From contig OZ251252.1 of the NCBI GenBank assembly GCA_965240325.2, positions 434,001 through 498,000 of the forward strand: DNA of 64,000 nucleotides, read 5' to 3'. This DNA is from Rebecca billardiae RCC1528. Lineage: Eukaryota > Protista > Haptophyta. The notes under the pieces were generated by a model, which worked only from the letters and a program-made list of their open reading frames with translations, did not search any database and was not told where the DNA came from. Shown piece by piece: positions 23,272-33,316 of the stretch. The position numbers were made by a program, and so were the translations under genes. Numbering within the stretch: the stretch's first letter is position 1; the number at the start of each line of letters is the position of its first letter.

Positions 23272-25954
23272 AGTTGTAAAGTGTAAAGTAGGTCCGGGAG
23301 CCCAGCCGGACATGTCCGGCCAGTCCGACCGGACGCGTGCCGTGGCCGCCGCGCCGCCGGCCGGCGGGCGCGAGAGGGCCTGTAAAGTTGTAAAGTGTAA
23401 AGTAAGTCCGGGCGGGACGACGCGGCCGGACGCGATTTGATCGCGATGCCGGCGCCCGCGATCGACCCGCCCGGGCGAGGGAGGTAGGTGAGGGAGGGCG
23501 ATTCGATGCCGGTCGAGGGCGCCACCACCTACCGATGGCGCGGCGCGGGCGCGGCTGAGCAACACGCAGTAGTGCTGCTCGCCCGTGCGTGCGCGCGCTA
23601 CGCCCGCCGCGGGCTGGCGAGTCACGCCTCTACGGCGCACGTTGCACGCCACAGCCAGGGCCGTTCAACCCGCTGCACGCAGTGTGCAGTGCGCATCCGT
23701 ATTGCTGGGCGCCATTTGGCGCGAGGTGCAGCGCGTCGTCCACGCATGCTGTGTGTAGCGGGGCGCACAGCGCGAAAAGGTCGTATCATGGCGGCGGCGG
23801 CATGGCCGCGGCGGCCAGCAGCACCAGTGGCGCGGCCCACAGCCGCGTGGTCACGGCGCTGCAGCAAACGCCGCGCGCCGGAGGGCTGCAAACTGCTGCG
23901 AGCGCGCAACCGGCGCCTTGCCGCGCGAGCCACCGTGCCCGCGCTGCACGGCCGCGCAGGCCACGCGTGGTGAGGGGGCGAGCCCGTCGGCACCGTCAAA
24001 AGGAAGCCACGAAGGCGCACGGCAGCTGCGCCTGCGCGGCCGTGCGCGTGGACACACGCGTCGTCCACGCAGCAGAGGTCGATGCCGTCTAGCTTGGCGA
24101 AGTAGAAGACAATCCGCCGCCAGTGCTCACTGCGCTTGTAGTCACACCATCGACTCGCCGTCGAGCACGTCGCGAGTAGACCCGGCGAGCGCCCCGCGTA
24201 CACGCGCGTAATCGGCGGCCAGCGCCCGGCGCCGCCGGGCGCGCACTGATCGGCTCGCCCGCGCCGCGCGAGCCGAGCTGCTCGTTTAGCCACGCGGCGA
24301 GGGCGGTTCGCGCGCCAGCTGGCGAGGCGGGAAGGTGCGCACGCCCGGCGCACGGGCGGCGCTGACCCGACGGCGCAGGTGCCGTCTACGCACGCGCTGC
24401 CCATTCGACCGCCTCGTTGTGCACGCGTGTGGGCCAAGCCGCGGGCACAGTGCGGGTGCGGAGGGCGTGCCACGCGGGCAGGCGCGCAAGCCACTCGCAG
24501 CGCACGACGCCGTCGCCGGCGGTGGCAACGACCGCGGCGGGGATGTACGGGGGTCGCCGTCCGCCTTGGCCGTGAACAGCAGGCGCAGCCCGCCGCGGTA
24601 GATGCGCGTGCAGCCGCAGAGACGCAGAGTCACGAGGCTGTGGCTAACTGGACGCGCCCCAGACGGCGCATGCAGCGGGGCGCACCGCGCGGGAAGGTCA
24701 CAAAATGGCGGCGGCGGCGCGGGCGCGGGCGCCATCAGCATGCGAGCAGCGGCAGCACGCCAGTGGCGATGCTTGCGCGCGCAGCCGCAGAGTCACGAGG
24801 CTGCGGTCAACCGGACGCGCCCCAGACGGCGCATGCAGCGGGGCGCACGGCGCGGGAAGGTCACAAAATGGCGGCGGCGGCGCGGGCGCGGGCGCCATCA
24901 GCATGCCGGCAGCGGCAGCACGACGGTGGCGCTGCTTGTGCGCGCAGCCGCAGAGCCGCAGAGTCACGAGGCTGTGGCCAACCGGACGCGCGCCACAAGG
25001 CGCATGCAGCGGGGCGCACTGTGGGACGGTCACAAAATGGCGGCGGCGGCGCGGGCGCGGGCGCCACCAGCATGCCGGCAGGCAGCAGCACGCCGGTGGC
25101 GCTGCTTCTGCGCGCAGCCGCAGAGTCACGAGGGTGTGGCCAACCGGACGCGCGCACCACCAGCAGCCGTGTAGTCACGGCGCTGCTGCCAACGTTGTGC
25201 GCCAGGGCGAGCTCGTTGGTGTCGTTGAAGAGGAAGCGCACTGGCCACGCTGGCGTGGCCGTGCGCGCGGACGCACACATCACGACGTGGCCGAGGGGTC
25301 ACAGCAGAGCTGCCCGAGCGCGCACGCGGAAACACACTCTACCTTGCTTCACGCTCTACTTTGCTTCGTAGTGGGTAGTCCCCCGACTCACCCACGTCAC
25401 GCGTGTGCTCTGACCAACGCGCGCACGTGCAGATCGCGTCGTCGAGGGCGGGCGGCTTCTGAACGTGCTTGCGAACACCATCGACCATGGCGGCGAACAT
25501 CGCGCCGCCGCTCGGGCTGCGGGATCCCGGATTGGACCCGCGAAAGCCCCGGACTTACTTTACACTTTACAACTTTCACGGGGGGTTGCTGGGCCAAGCA
25601 GCTTGCGCGGCGCGCGATGCCCCGTCCGGAGGCGCCCGGATTTACTTTTTCACACTGTCATACACGCCCTCGTGCGCCCGGCAGCCGGCCGGCGCGGCGC
25701 GTCGGCACAGCCCGCACGCGTGCGTGGCCGGACGGCTGTCCGGATAGGTCCGGCCTGGCTCCCGGATGTACTTTACACTTTACAACTTTGCACTGCCTCT
25801 CGGCCGCGGCGCCCCGGCAACCGGCCGGCGCCGGGCGGAGGCGCCGGAGAGTGCCGGGCCCGGTGGCAGCTGGCACGGCCCGGCCGCACGCGTCCGGTCG
25901 GACTGGCCGGACATGTCCGGCTGGGCTCCCGGACCTACTTTACACTTTACAACT
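23272..25954. mobile_element. 2.7-kb element bounded by perfect 69-bp inverted repeats, with subterminal motif arrays and an internal tandem repeat
   Basis: 23272-23340 is the exact reverse complement of 25886-25954. Motif CCGGA-nTACTTTACACTTTACAACT occurs twice on the left (inverted) and three times on the right, plus one degenerate copy (~25550, ~25637 degenerate, ~25762, ~25929). No transposase ORF recognised. Confidence 0.7.
24607..25155. repeat. Tandem repeat, about 3 copies of a ~165-180-bp unit
   Basis: CAGAGTCACGAGGCTG...CCGGACGCGC...GCGCATGCAGCGGGGCGCAC...GGTCACAAAATGGCGGCGGCGGCGCGGGCGCGGGCGCCA recurs at ~24625, ~24788 and ~24959, with a partial copy at ~25121 and a diverged copy near 23755-23870. 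Confidence 0.9.
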
Positions 25955-26069
25955 TTACACGCAGGTCTGGATGCGGGCCTGGCTCGAGCTCGATGCCCCG
26001 TCCGGATAGGGCATAGGCGGTCGAACGGGTAGTTAGACAGGACTTCACAGATACACGCTAAAGTTAGTA

Positions 26070-26577
26070 CAGGCAATCGCGGGCAATAAGAAGTCAGAGA
26101 TCTCACGGCTAGCCTCGGTTTCTTAGCCGTTCGGTAGCCCGAGCGCCTACGGAGTCTCAGTTTCTTAGCTAGGTCCGCCCGCCGCGCAGGCGCGGGGGGC
26201 GCAGGGGGGCAGAGCCCCCGGCTGAGTCTTTAGGCCCGGCCGGCGAGTCCGACGAATCTTTTGGGCCTTTTTGGAGCAAATCTGGCATCATGATGTTGCA
26301 TGGATGCTGCGGTGCACTGGCCAGGAGTCAGTCATCAGGAGAAGTCGGGACTTGGCCTGTACTCGTAGTCGGGCCGCGCGCCGCGTCCCCGACGGGCCGA
26401 CTGCGCCTCGCCCCTCGGCGGACCACTCGTCAGCCGGGACGACGTAGTCCCGGTTTCTTAGTGTGACTATGCGTATAGCGAACCAGCCAATCGCTAGCCT
26501 CAGTTTCTAGGCCAGATCCGCAGATAGCAAGCCCCAGTTTCTTAACGTGACAGCTCCTTATTGCCCGCGATTGCCTG
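26070..26577. mobile_element. MITE (Tc1/mariner-type: TA target duplication, 21-bp TIRs), 508 bp
   Basis: TA|CAGGCAATCGCGGGCAATAAG (26070-26090) and CTTATTGCCCGCGATTGCCTG|TA (26557-26577) are perfect inverted repeats. Internal GTTTCT(T)A motif about five times; no ORF. Confidence 0.85.
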
Positions 26578-26621
26578 TATATTTAGTAGTCGTACTTTGT
26601 AACAAGCTTTACTATTCAGAC

Positions 26622-26624
26622 GAC

Positions 26625-26657
<33 letters not shown>

Positions 26658-26676
26658 TGATGATGATGATAATGAT
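26622..26676. repeat. (GAT)n microsatellite
   Basis: Directly visible. Confidence 0.9.
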
Positions 26677-28410
26677 TCTAGTAGCAGCTTAGCTAGAGAC
26701 GAGAGAGAGAGCAGCTAGACTATGCTGATGACTGTTCCGGCGGACGCCAGAATAACTTTCAAGAGAATGACAGACGCCGAGACGACTCGAGTCGGATATC
26801 TATCTATCAATGTCTGAGATGACTGACCGGGATTGAAGTATAGTATTATAGCAAGTATAGATTGAATTATAGATCTAGCTTAGTAGTGACAGTGTCACTA
26901 CCGAGATAGCTACCAATGTTACTAACTATAGCAGTAACAACGTCATTATACTAGTTAGTAATAACAATGTATTACTATCAAAATAAAATTTAGATAGTAA
27001 TAAAAATGATCATGATGCCGTTGGCATGCGTAAATGGTGAATTTTATTTTGGTTTTAATTTTGTGTTCTTTATATTTTGACATTAATATATATATATATT
27101 TGTGTGTGTGTGGTTTGAGGTTTCGGATGTTTCGCGTTGTCTCCAGTGACGAATCTGATTATCCTCCGCGTCGTACTAGGTGTTACTATCAGCGTCTAGT
27201 AGGTGTGCGGATGTAACCTTCTCGTCAGGGGACGATAAGGGTCGGTCTGTCTCTGTCTGTCGGACGATCGGAATAATATATATATATAAATAATGATCAG
27301 CATCACGCGCGTGATGATGACGACGATGATGACGCGACTACGATATCCCATATATACGAGTTTCGTCTGGCGATCAGAATAAGTATATAATAACTTCATC
27401 CGCGAGTAATCATCGTCCGCACTTAGCCTTAGGGGAGGCGGAAATAAAGCGCGCGCCGCGGCCCTCATTTATAATTTATATATACGTCGACTACAAACCT
27501 CATCCGCCGCTTCATCGCCCAGAGCGCACTAGGGCTAGGCGGCGCGCTCCGACTCTCCAAGCCCCTCTTCTGCAGCTGCGCGCCGCTTGCGGCTTGGCCG
27601 GCGCGCGGCGACCGCGACGCGTACTACGACCTCATCCTCATCCAGGCGCCCACGCGGGCGCACGGGGGCGACAGCCGCGGCTGCCGTCTGCCGCAGCTGC
27701 TCGCCGCTAGGTCGGCGGGCGGCGACATTGAGTGATTGACTACGACCTCACCCTCGTCATCCATTATTATTCCAAGTGCTCCGGAAGGCGCTCGGCCGCG
27801 GCGGCATCTGCCGTCGCCGCCGCGTGCCCCAGGCCGAGGCGGTGCTCCATACCGGCCCTGCTCCCTCACGGAGGGGCAGGGCTGCGGGTGGCGCACTACC
27901 TGACCTGGTTGGAAGGCGCGGACGCATTCTATGTGTCTGCTGCACTCTGAGCCTGACGCTTGCCCGTTGCATACCACGTCGTTATATATATATATATAAT
28001 GTTGGGATTACCGCGAGCTCCGAGCGTGTCGAGCCCTGCTAAAAGCTCACCGCGCACGACAGGACGGACCCACCGCGAGGATCACATGCCTCGCGATGTG
28101 ATCAGCTCTCAAGCCTCTGAACCTGGCCCTTTTCGGCGGCTCTTGCGCCGGGCCAAACCCGCGATCGAGCCTTCCCGATCGCTCCTGGGCTCGGGGCGGT
28201 AGTATCATCGCCGTGCCGACTTACCCAGATTCTGCCGCGATCCGCCAATCGGCGATCGCACCGTCCGTCCTGTTGCCGCTCAACTTTGTACCACTACTGC
28301 TTCTCGTCCATGTCCGGTGCTGCTCACCTGATCCTCGTTCATCGGCGACCCTCACTCAGTCTCCCGAGCCCGACACCAAGGCCAGGCACGATGACGCGCG
28401 CGCTACCAGC

Positions 28411-28620
28411 CACTGCTCCGCAGCAGCTGCTGCCGCCGGCCCGCCTGATGCGGCGCCAGCCCTGACACCCCAGCGGCAACGCCATCTGCTGAGATGCGTG
28501 CCCCAGACTGTGCCAGTTCATCCGCACTGCTGCTCTGCAGCAGCTGCGCCGCCGGTCTGCCTGCTGCAGCACCGGCCCTGACGCACCACCGGCGACGCCA
28601 TCTGCTGAGATGCGCGCCCC
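28411..28620. repeat. Two-copy imperfect direct repeat (~95-bp unit)
   Basis: CACTGCT...GCAGCAGCTGC...GCCCTGAC...ACGCCATCTGCTGAGATGCGYGCCCC at ~28411-28504 and ~28525-28620. Confidence 0.75.
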
Positions 28621-28953
28621 TGGCCTCGTCAGCTCAACATGTAATACGACGCACAAGCTATACTACTATACGCGAATAAGGAAGAATACGATAAATATAA
28701 ATAATTAATAAATTAAGGGCGCGCGGCGGAATAAATATAAGCGCGCACGCAGCGCCTACCGGAAGTGACGACCGCACGACTGGCGCCGGCGGAGTTGGCA
28801 GTTGCGCTGCGCGCGATCTTCGTCGCGCGATCTGCTTTGTCGGCGTCGCATATATATATAATATTATATATATATATATATATATATAAGCAGCAGTACT
28901 TGATGACGCGATGATGGCGATTCAGACGGCGTGATGATGATGGGCTCCGGCTC

Positions 28954-29251
28954 CGGTCCACCCCCCCCCCCCCAGCTCCGTTACGGCTTGGCCCCGAGCC
29001 GAAGTCAAGCGGACCATGCAGCAGAGTCCCTTCCGACCCCCGATCATTGATGACTTCAACGAGAAATGTCGCATCCGACCACCTACTCCCAATAGGTTCA
29101 GACTCATCTATTATTTTTACTATGTATTTACCCGTCCCTTACTCAGATTTCCGCACAGCCCGGGAGCGTTCCGGACACCTGTATACATATGCGAAAATGA
29201 TACCCGGACTGGGTATTTAGTTATAGATCGATATGAATAGTAGAGTCTGAA

Positions 29252-29288
<37 letters not shown>

Positions 29289-29477
29289 CAGGAGGTGTGG
29301 CTGATGATCCATCTGCCATCTGGCCGTAATGTCGTCCAAGGGACCGCCTGGGGTGGTCTAGTACGGCTATTGTCGTAGTCGTAGATCATCATCAGACTTC
29401 AGCAGAGGCGGCGATCCCGCCGATTGCAGTATTGTCAAGATGTAACGCTACAGTGACCGGACTGGGGGGGTGGACCG
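28954..29477. mobile_element. Weak MITE candidate with poly-C/poly-G inverted ends
   Basis: CGGTCCA-C13-AGCTCCG at 28954 versus CGGACT-G7-TGGACCG ending at 29477; AT-rich interior; no clear TSD. Confidence 0.3.
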
Positions 29478-29607
29478 TCTAAACCGAGGCCGGCGGAGCC
29501 GATGATGAAACGCGACAGTTGCGACTACTATAGTACTGATTCACTCTGATGATGACGATCGCGCGCTACATCGGTCATCGCTTGAGCCTTGAGCATATAG
29601 CATCAAC

Positions 29608-30858
29608 TTATAGGCTGATGCGCTCGGCAAGCAGGCACTGCAAGTGATGTCGGCGCAAGTCCTGGCGTAAGCGCCGGTGCCCGTACCGGTACAGCTCCTC
29701 GTCGAGCTCGGTGATATTTGCGATCAGCTCCCGAGCGCGCGCGGAGAGCACCACGCCCGATGGCCGGGTCCCCCATGTCACGCGTGTCACGTTGAGCTGC
29801 TTGCCTGCGTTGCATCTACACGCATCAGGCCGCTTGCCCAGCTTCACGAGGAGCATGCAGAGCGACGCCTTGTACTCCTCGGAGACGCCCACGTGGAAGG
29901 CGGCGTCGATCCGCCGCTTCGCCACTGCCAGGTCGAGACTCGCCGTCTTCCCACGCAGGTCGAAGGGCGAGAGGCGCGCGGTCATCATGTTGTACGGGTT
30001 GAAGTAGCACTGCCGCCCCCGCAGCGCCGTGCCCGGGACGGCGGCCGGTTCGGCGTTGTGGGCGGCCTCCCCGAGCCACGCCTCGATGGACGTGGGCTTG
30101 AAGACGCCCAGCATGTGAGGAAGAGTCGAGACATCCGAGTGCGCGCACATCGCGTACATCGAGACAATGTGCGGCTGAGGCGAGCGCAGCATGATCGACA
30201 TGCGCAGCCGGCCGGACTGCTCGAGCTGGTGCATCGACTCGGCCCACTCGTAGTTGATCTCGCACGCGGTGAAGCCGCACTGGCCCCGCCGCGCCGCGCC
30301 AAGCGTAGCAAACTGCACGCGGCCCATGGGCAGGATGAACGAAAACAACTCAAAGCATCCGGAGAGCTGCGCCTGTGTTCCGCACGCGATCAGCCCAGAC
30401 TTCTGGATCACATCGGCGATGAATGAGGTCCCGGCAGCCTTGGAGATGTGCAAAAAGTAGAGCACGGGCGCTTTCGGACCATGCTGCACATGTGCTTTCG
30501 GACCATGTGCTGGGACGTGCGCCGCCGAGCCTGCCCCCTTCCCGGCGTGGGCCGCGGCGCCATGGCCCTTGCCCGCACCCTTACGCGCGTCCTTGCCTGC
30601 ACCCTTGCCCGCGCCCTTGCGCGCCCCCTTGCCCGCGCCCTTGCCCGCGCCCTTGCCCGCGCCCTTGCCCGAGCCCTTGTGCGCACCCTTGCCCGCGCCG
30701 GGTGTTCCCGGCGCAGCCGCGGCTGTGCCGGCGCCAAAAGTCCACAGTGGAACGAGTGACGCGATAGGGCACGCTCCAAGCAGCAGAACCAGCGTCAACG
30801 CCGATCTGCGTCTCGTGCCGTGCTGCATCGACATAGGCGCCCGGCCAGAGCGCGCCAT
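29608..30858 (-). CDS. Type II membrane sulfotransferase with (GAGK)n stem
   Basis: Basic N-terminus then TM (ALTLVLLLGACPIASLVPLWTF), GAGK repeats, FLHISKAAGTS (5'-PSB), LRSPQPHIVSMY (3'-PB), FHVGVSE and ITELDEELY. Intronless; exact start ATG uncertain. Confidence 0.8.
   Translation of the reverse strand: MARSGRAPMSMQHGTRRRSALTLVLLLGACPIASLVPLWTFGAGTAAAAPGTPGAGKGAHKGSGKGAGKGAGKGAGKGARKGAGKGAGKDARKGAGKGHGAAAHAGKGAGSAAHVPAHGPKAHVQHGPKAPVLYFLHISKAAGTSFIADVIQKSGLIACGTQAQLSGCFELFSFILPMGRVQFATLGAARRGQCGFTACEINYEWAESMHQLEQSGRLRMSIMLRSPQPHIVSMYAMCAHSDVSTLPHMLGVFKPTSIEAWLGEAAHNAEPAAVPGTALRGRQCYFNPYNMMTARLSPFDLRGKTASLDLAVAKRRIDAAFHVGVSEEYKASLCMLLVKLGKRPDACRCNAGKQLNVTRVTWGTRPSGVVLSARARELIANITELDEELYRYGHRRLRQDLRRHHLQCLLAERISL
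30565..30700 (-). repeat. 12-bp coding minisatellite (GCCCTTGCCCGC)n encoding GAGK repeats
   Basis: About ten imperfect units visible inside the sulfotransferase CDS. Confidence 0.85.
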
Positions 30859-31033
30859 GGCGCGGCCGCCATCATGCATCAAACACCGCAACGCCCAACG
30901 CAAACGGCCGTTCGGAGCACGCGACTCGCCGACTCTCGACTGACTGTGTAGACAGTGTACCCGGTAGCCGGAGTAGCTAACTACTGCTTACATCAGTAGT
31001 CGCGTCATACTGCGCGTCTAACTCTATATACAA

Positions 31034-32962
31034 TCACAGCGTCGCGCGGCGCTCGGCCTCGGACACGGTCGAGGTGCTGCCACGTGGCGTCAGGCGTGAG
31101 GCCAGGGAGACCATTCTCCGGGGCGCCAACGCCTCGACGAGGCTCCCCATGCTGCTCCCAGCGACTCGTCTGGCGATGCTGGCATTGCTGCCCATGGGCC
31201 CAGGCTGCGCTCGTGCGGAGGTCCAGCGCGGGAGCACGCACGCCGCACGGTGCTTCTCGAGCGCCGGGTACACGCTCGCCTCGCACCAGGAGCGCAGCCG
31301 CCGCAGGTAGCGCGCGTGCCAGTCGGCGGCGACACGGCCGAGCGCGGCCGTCTTCAGCCCGGGCGGCCTCGAGCTGTTGCGCCACGCGACCGGGTCGGCC
31401 GCGCGCAGCGCGCGCTCGAGCTCCGTGTACCCGAGCCGCGCGGCCAGCTGCACCCAGGGCGCGTAGTCCTCCTGGTACACGTGCTGCGAGCGGCCCGCGC
31501 GGCGGCACATCGCGATGGCGATGAGCGCGATGGCCGTCGCCTTGGCGAACTCCTCGAAGGCGGGCTCGCTCACGAAGTACGTGCCGATCTTGGCGCGCAG
31601 CACCGGCCGGTCCGCCTCGACGCCGCACTTGGCGCCGCCCACGCTGAAGCCCTCGAGCGCGCTCAGGAAGCGCGGCTGCGAGGCGGGCCGCATGAACGCG
31701 TCCACCGAGACGTACGCCTGCCGCGGGTCGAAGAGCGCGATGAAGACGGAGTACTCGTACACGCACCACAGCCGGCTGAAGTAGTCCCAGCTGAGCAGCA
31801 TGAGCAGCCCGTCCGACCTGCGCAGGAACTGCTCGAGGTGCGCGACCGTGCCCGCCTTCACGCCGCCGTCCGTCTGCACGATGCAGCTCTTGTCCACCCA
31901 CAGCGAGAACTCCGCCCAGCCGTCCACGCCGCCCAGGTCGGCGACCGCGTAGTAGAGCGCGCTCGCCTTCACCGCGGCGTACTGGGCGCGCGGGCCCATC
32001 ACCTGCGCCCAGTCGGGCGGCGCGGACCAGACGTGCGAGACGAAGCGCTGCGCGGACGCCGCCGGGCGCGAGAGCGCGTACTCCGCCTGCGTCCCGCGCG
32101 GCGCCTGCCAGAAGCGCGCGGCCGGCTCGAAGCGCTCCGCGTCAAACCAGTCGGCGCACACGCAGGACGCGGGCACGGCGCGCATCAGCTGCGCGCCGCG
32201 CTGCGCCATGTCGAGGTCGGGGTGCCTGAGCAACGCCTGCACCGCGCGCACGTCCGCACCCGCGCCGCCGCTCGCCACCGCCCACGCGCACAGCTGCTCG
32301 AGGTCGACCGCCGCGGCCGAGACGAGCGCCGCGTGCCACGAGCTGCGCGCCGAGCTCAGCTCCGCAGCCGAGAGCGCGGGCGGCGCGGGCGGCGGTCCGT
32401 CGAGCGGCGCGGCGCGGACGCGCCAGCCCACGTCGAACCCCTGGCGGGGCAGCGCCATCCGCTCCATCTCCACGCGCTCGGCGTGCAGCAGCGCCGCCAT
32501 CGTCGGCAGCACGCCCTCGATCAGCGGCGCGAGCACGCGGCCACGCGACGACGCGTACAGCAGCTCGAACGCGTCGGTGCCCGCGCCCGCCGAGGAGAAG
32601 AACGGGAAGTTCGCCGAGCGGAAGGAGAAGGCGAGGCAGTGGTGCAGGAAGTTGATGTTCTTCACGAACTCGAGCGTCGTCTCGCCGAGCGACTCGAGCA
32701 TCTGCCGGTGCCCCGGGCCTGCGACCAGGAATTTGGCCATCGAGACGCCGTACGCGCGCATGAAGTCGTCGCGGGGGAGGTCGAGGTAGCGCGCGGCGGT
32801 GGAGAGCGCGGCCAGGGTAAGCGCGTCGCTGTGCTGCACGGGCTGGAGGAACGCCGCCTCGTCCGCCACGCGCAGCGTGTCGAGGACGCGCGTCCAGCAC
32901 GCGTCGTCCCCGGTGAGCTCTGCCAGGCAGCCCTTCAGCACGAGGTGCAGGTTGCCGTGCAT
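31034..32962 (-). CDS. H-NOX (heme-NO binding) domain fused to a TIR/HET-like domain, 642 aa
   Basis: aa 1-~185 align by eye with the sGC-beta1 H-NOX domain: MHG, W23, LESLG...EFVKNINFLHH (proximal His107), Pro120, Y136-x-S138-x-R140. aa ~305-420 read FVSHVWS...LWVDKSCIVQ...FLRRSDGLLMLLSWDYFSRLWCVYE(403), a TIR/HET pattern. Single exon, GC3-rich codons. Confidence 0.85.
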   Translation of the reverse strand: MHGNLHLVLKGCLAELTGDDACWTRVLDTLRVADEAAFLQPVQHSDALTLAALSTAARYLDLPRDDFMRAYGVSMAKFLVAGPGHRQMLESLGETTLEFVKNINFLHHCLAFSFRSANFPFFSSAGAGTDAFELLYASSRGRVLAPLIEGVLPTMAALLHAERVEMERMALPRQGFDVGWRVRAAPLDGPPPAPPALSAAELSSARSSWHAALVSAAAVDLEQLCAWAVASGGAGADVRAVQALLRHPDLDMAQRGAQLMRAVPASCVCADWFDAERFEPAARFWQAPRGTQAEYALSRPAASAQRFVSHVWSAPPDWAQVMGPRAQYAAVKASALYYAVADLGGVDGWAEFSLWVDKSCIVQTDGGVKAGTVAHLEQFLRRSDGLLMLLSWDYFSRLWCVYEYSVFIALFDPRQAYVSVDAFMRPASQPRFLSALEGFSVGGAKCGVEADRPVLRAKIGTYFVSEPAFEEFAKATAIALIAIAMCRRAGRSQHVYQEDYAPWVQLAARLGYTELERALRAADPVAWRNSSRPPGLKTAALGRVAADWHARYLRRLRSWCEASVYPALEKHRAACVLPRWTSARAQPGPMGSNASIARRVAGSSMGSLVEALAPRRMVSLASRLTPRGSTSTVSEAERRATL

Positions 32963-33316
32963 GCCGGCCCGAGGTGCGCACCGGCCGGCGGGGGCGGCCT
33001 CGACAGCGCTGGCGCCGCGCGGCGGCGGCGCCCTCGAGCGAAGTGCCGGTGATGAGGACCTGCGATCAGAATTCAGGCTTGAGCCGGCTCAGCGTACACA
33101 TGATAGTCAGCTTGACTACATAAGGACAGGGGCCAACCGATATTCCGACATACGGCACCGTGTGACTGGTGTTCAGTATTACGCGGCAAATCCACGCTTG
33201 CCGCGCTAGCAATATGCGGGTAAACAGTACCCGCACAAGCTTGGGCAGCTGGGCACAGGCGCCATCGGGCGCTCGAGGTGTGGCGTGCGGCACCTCTCGG
33301 CGCGGCGCGGGCAGCC

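Noticed and set aside
23272-25960. TTTACAC/TTTACAAC as interstitial telomeric repeats
   Set aside because: Only 2-3 imperfect units per block, embedded in a fixed longer motif; better explained as subterminal repeats.
26580-27480. AT-rich scrambled low-complexity tracts (also ~880-1200, 28680-28920, 29200-29400, 51500-51900)
   Set aside because: They look like microsatellite decay or poor consensus; no reproducible motif supports a centromere or origin claim.
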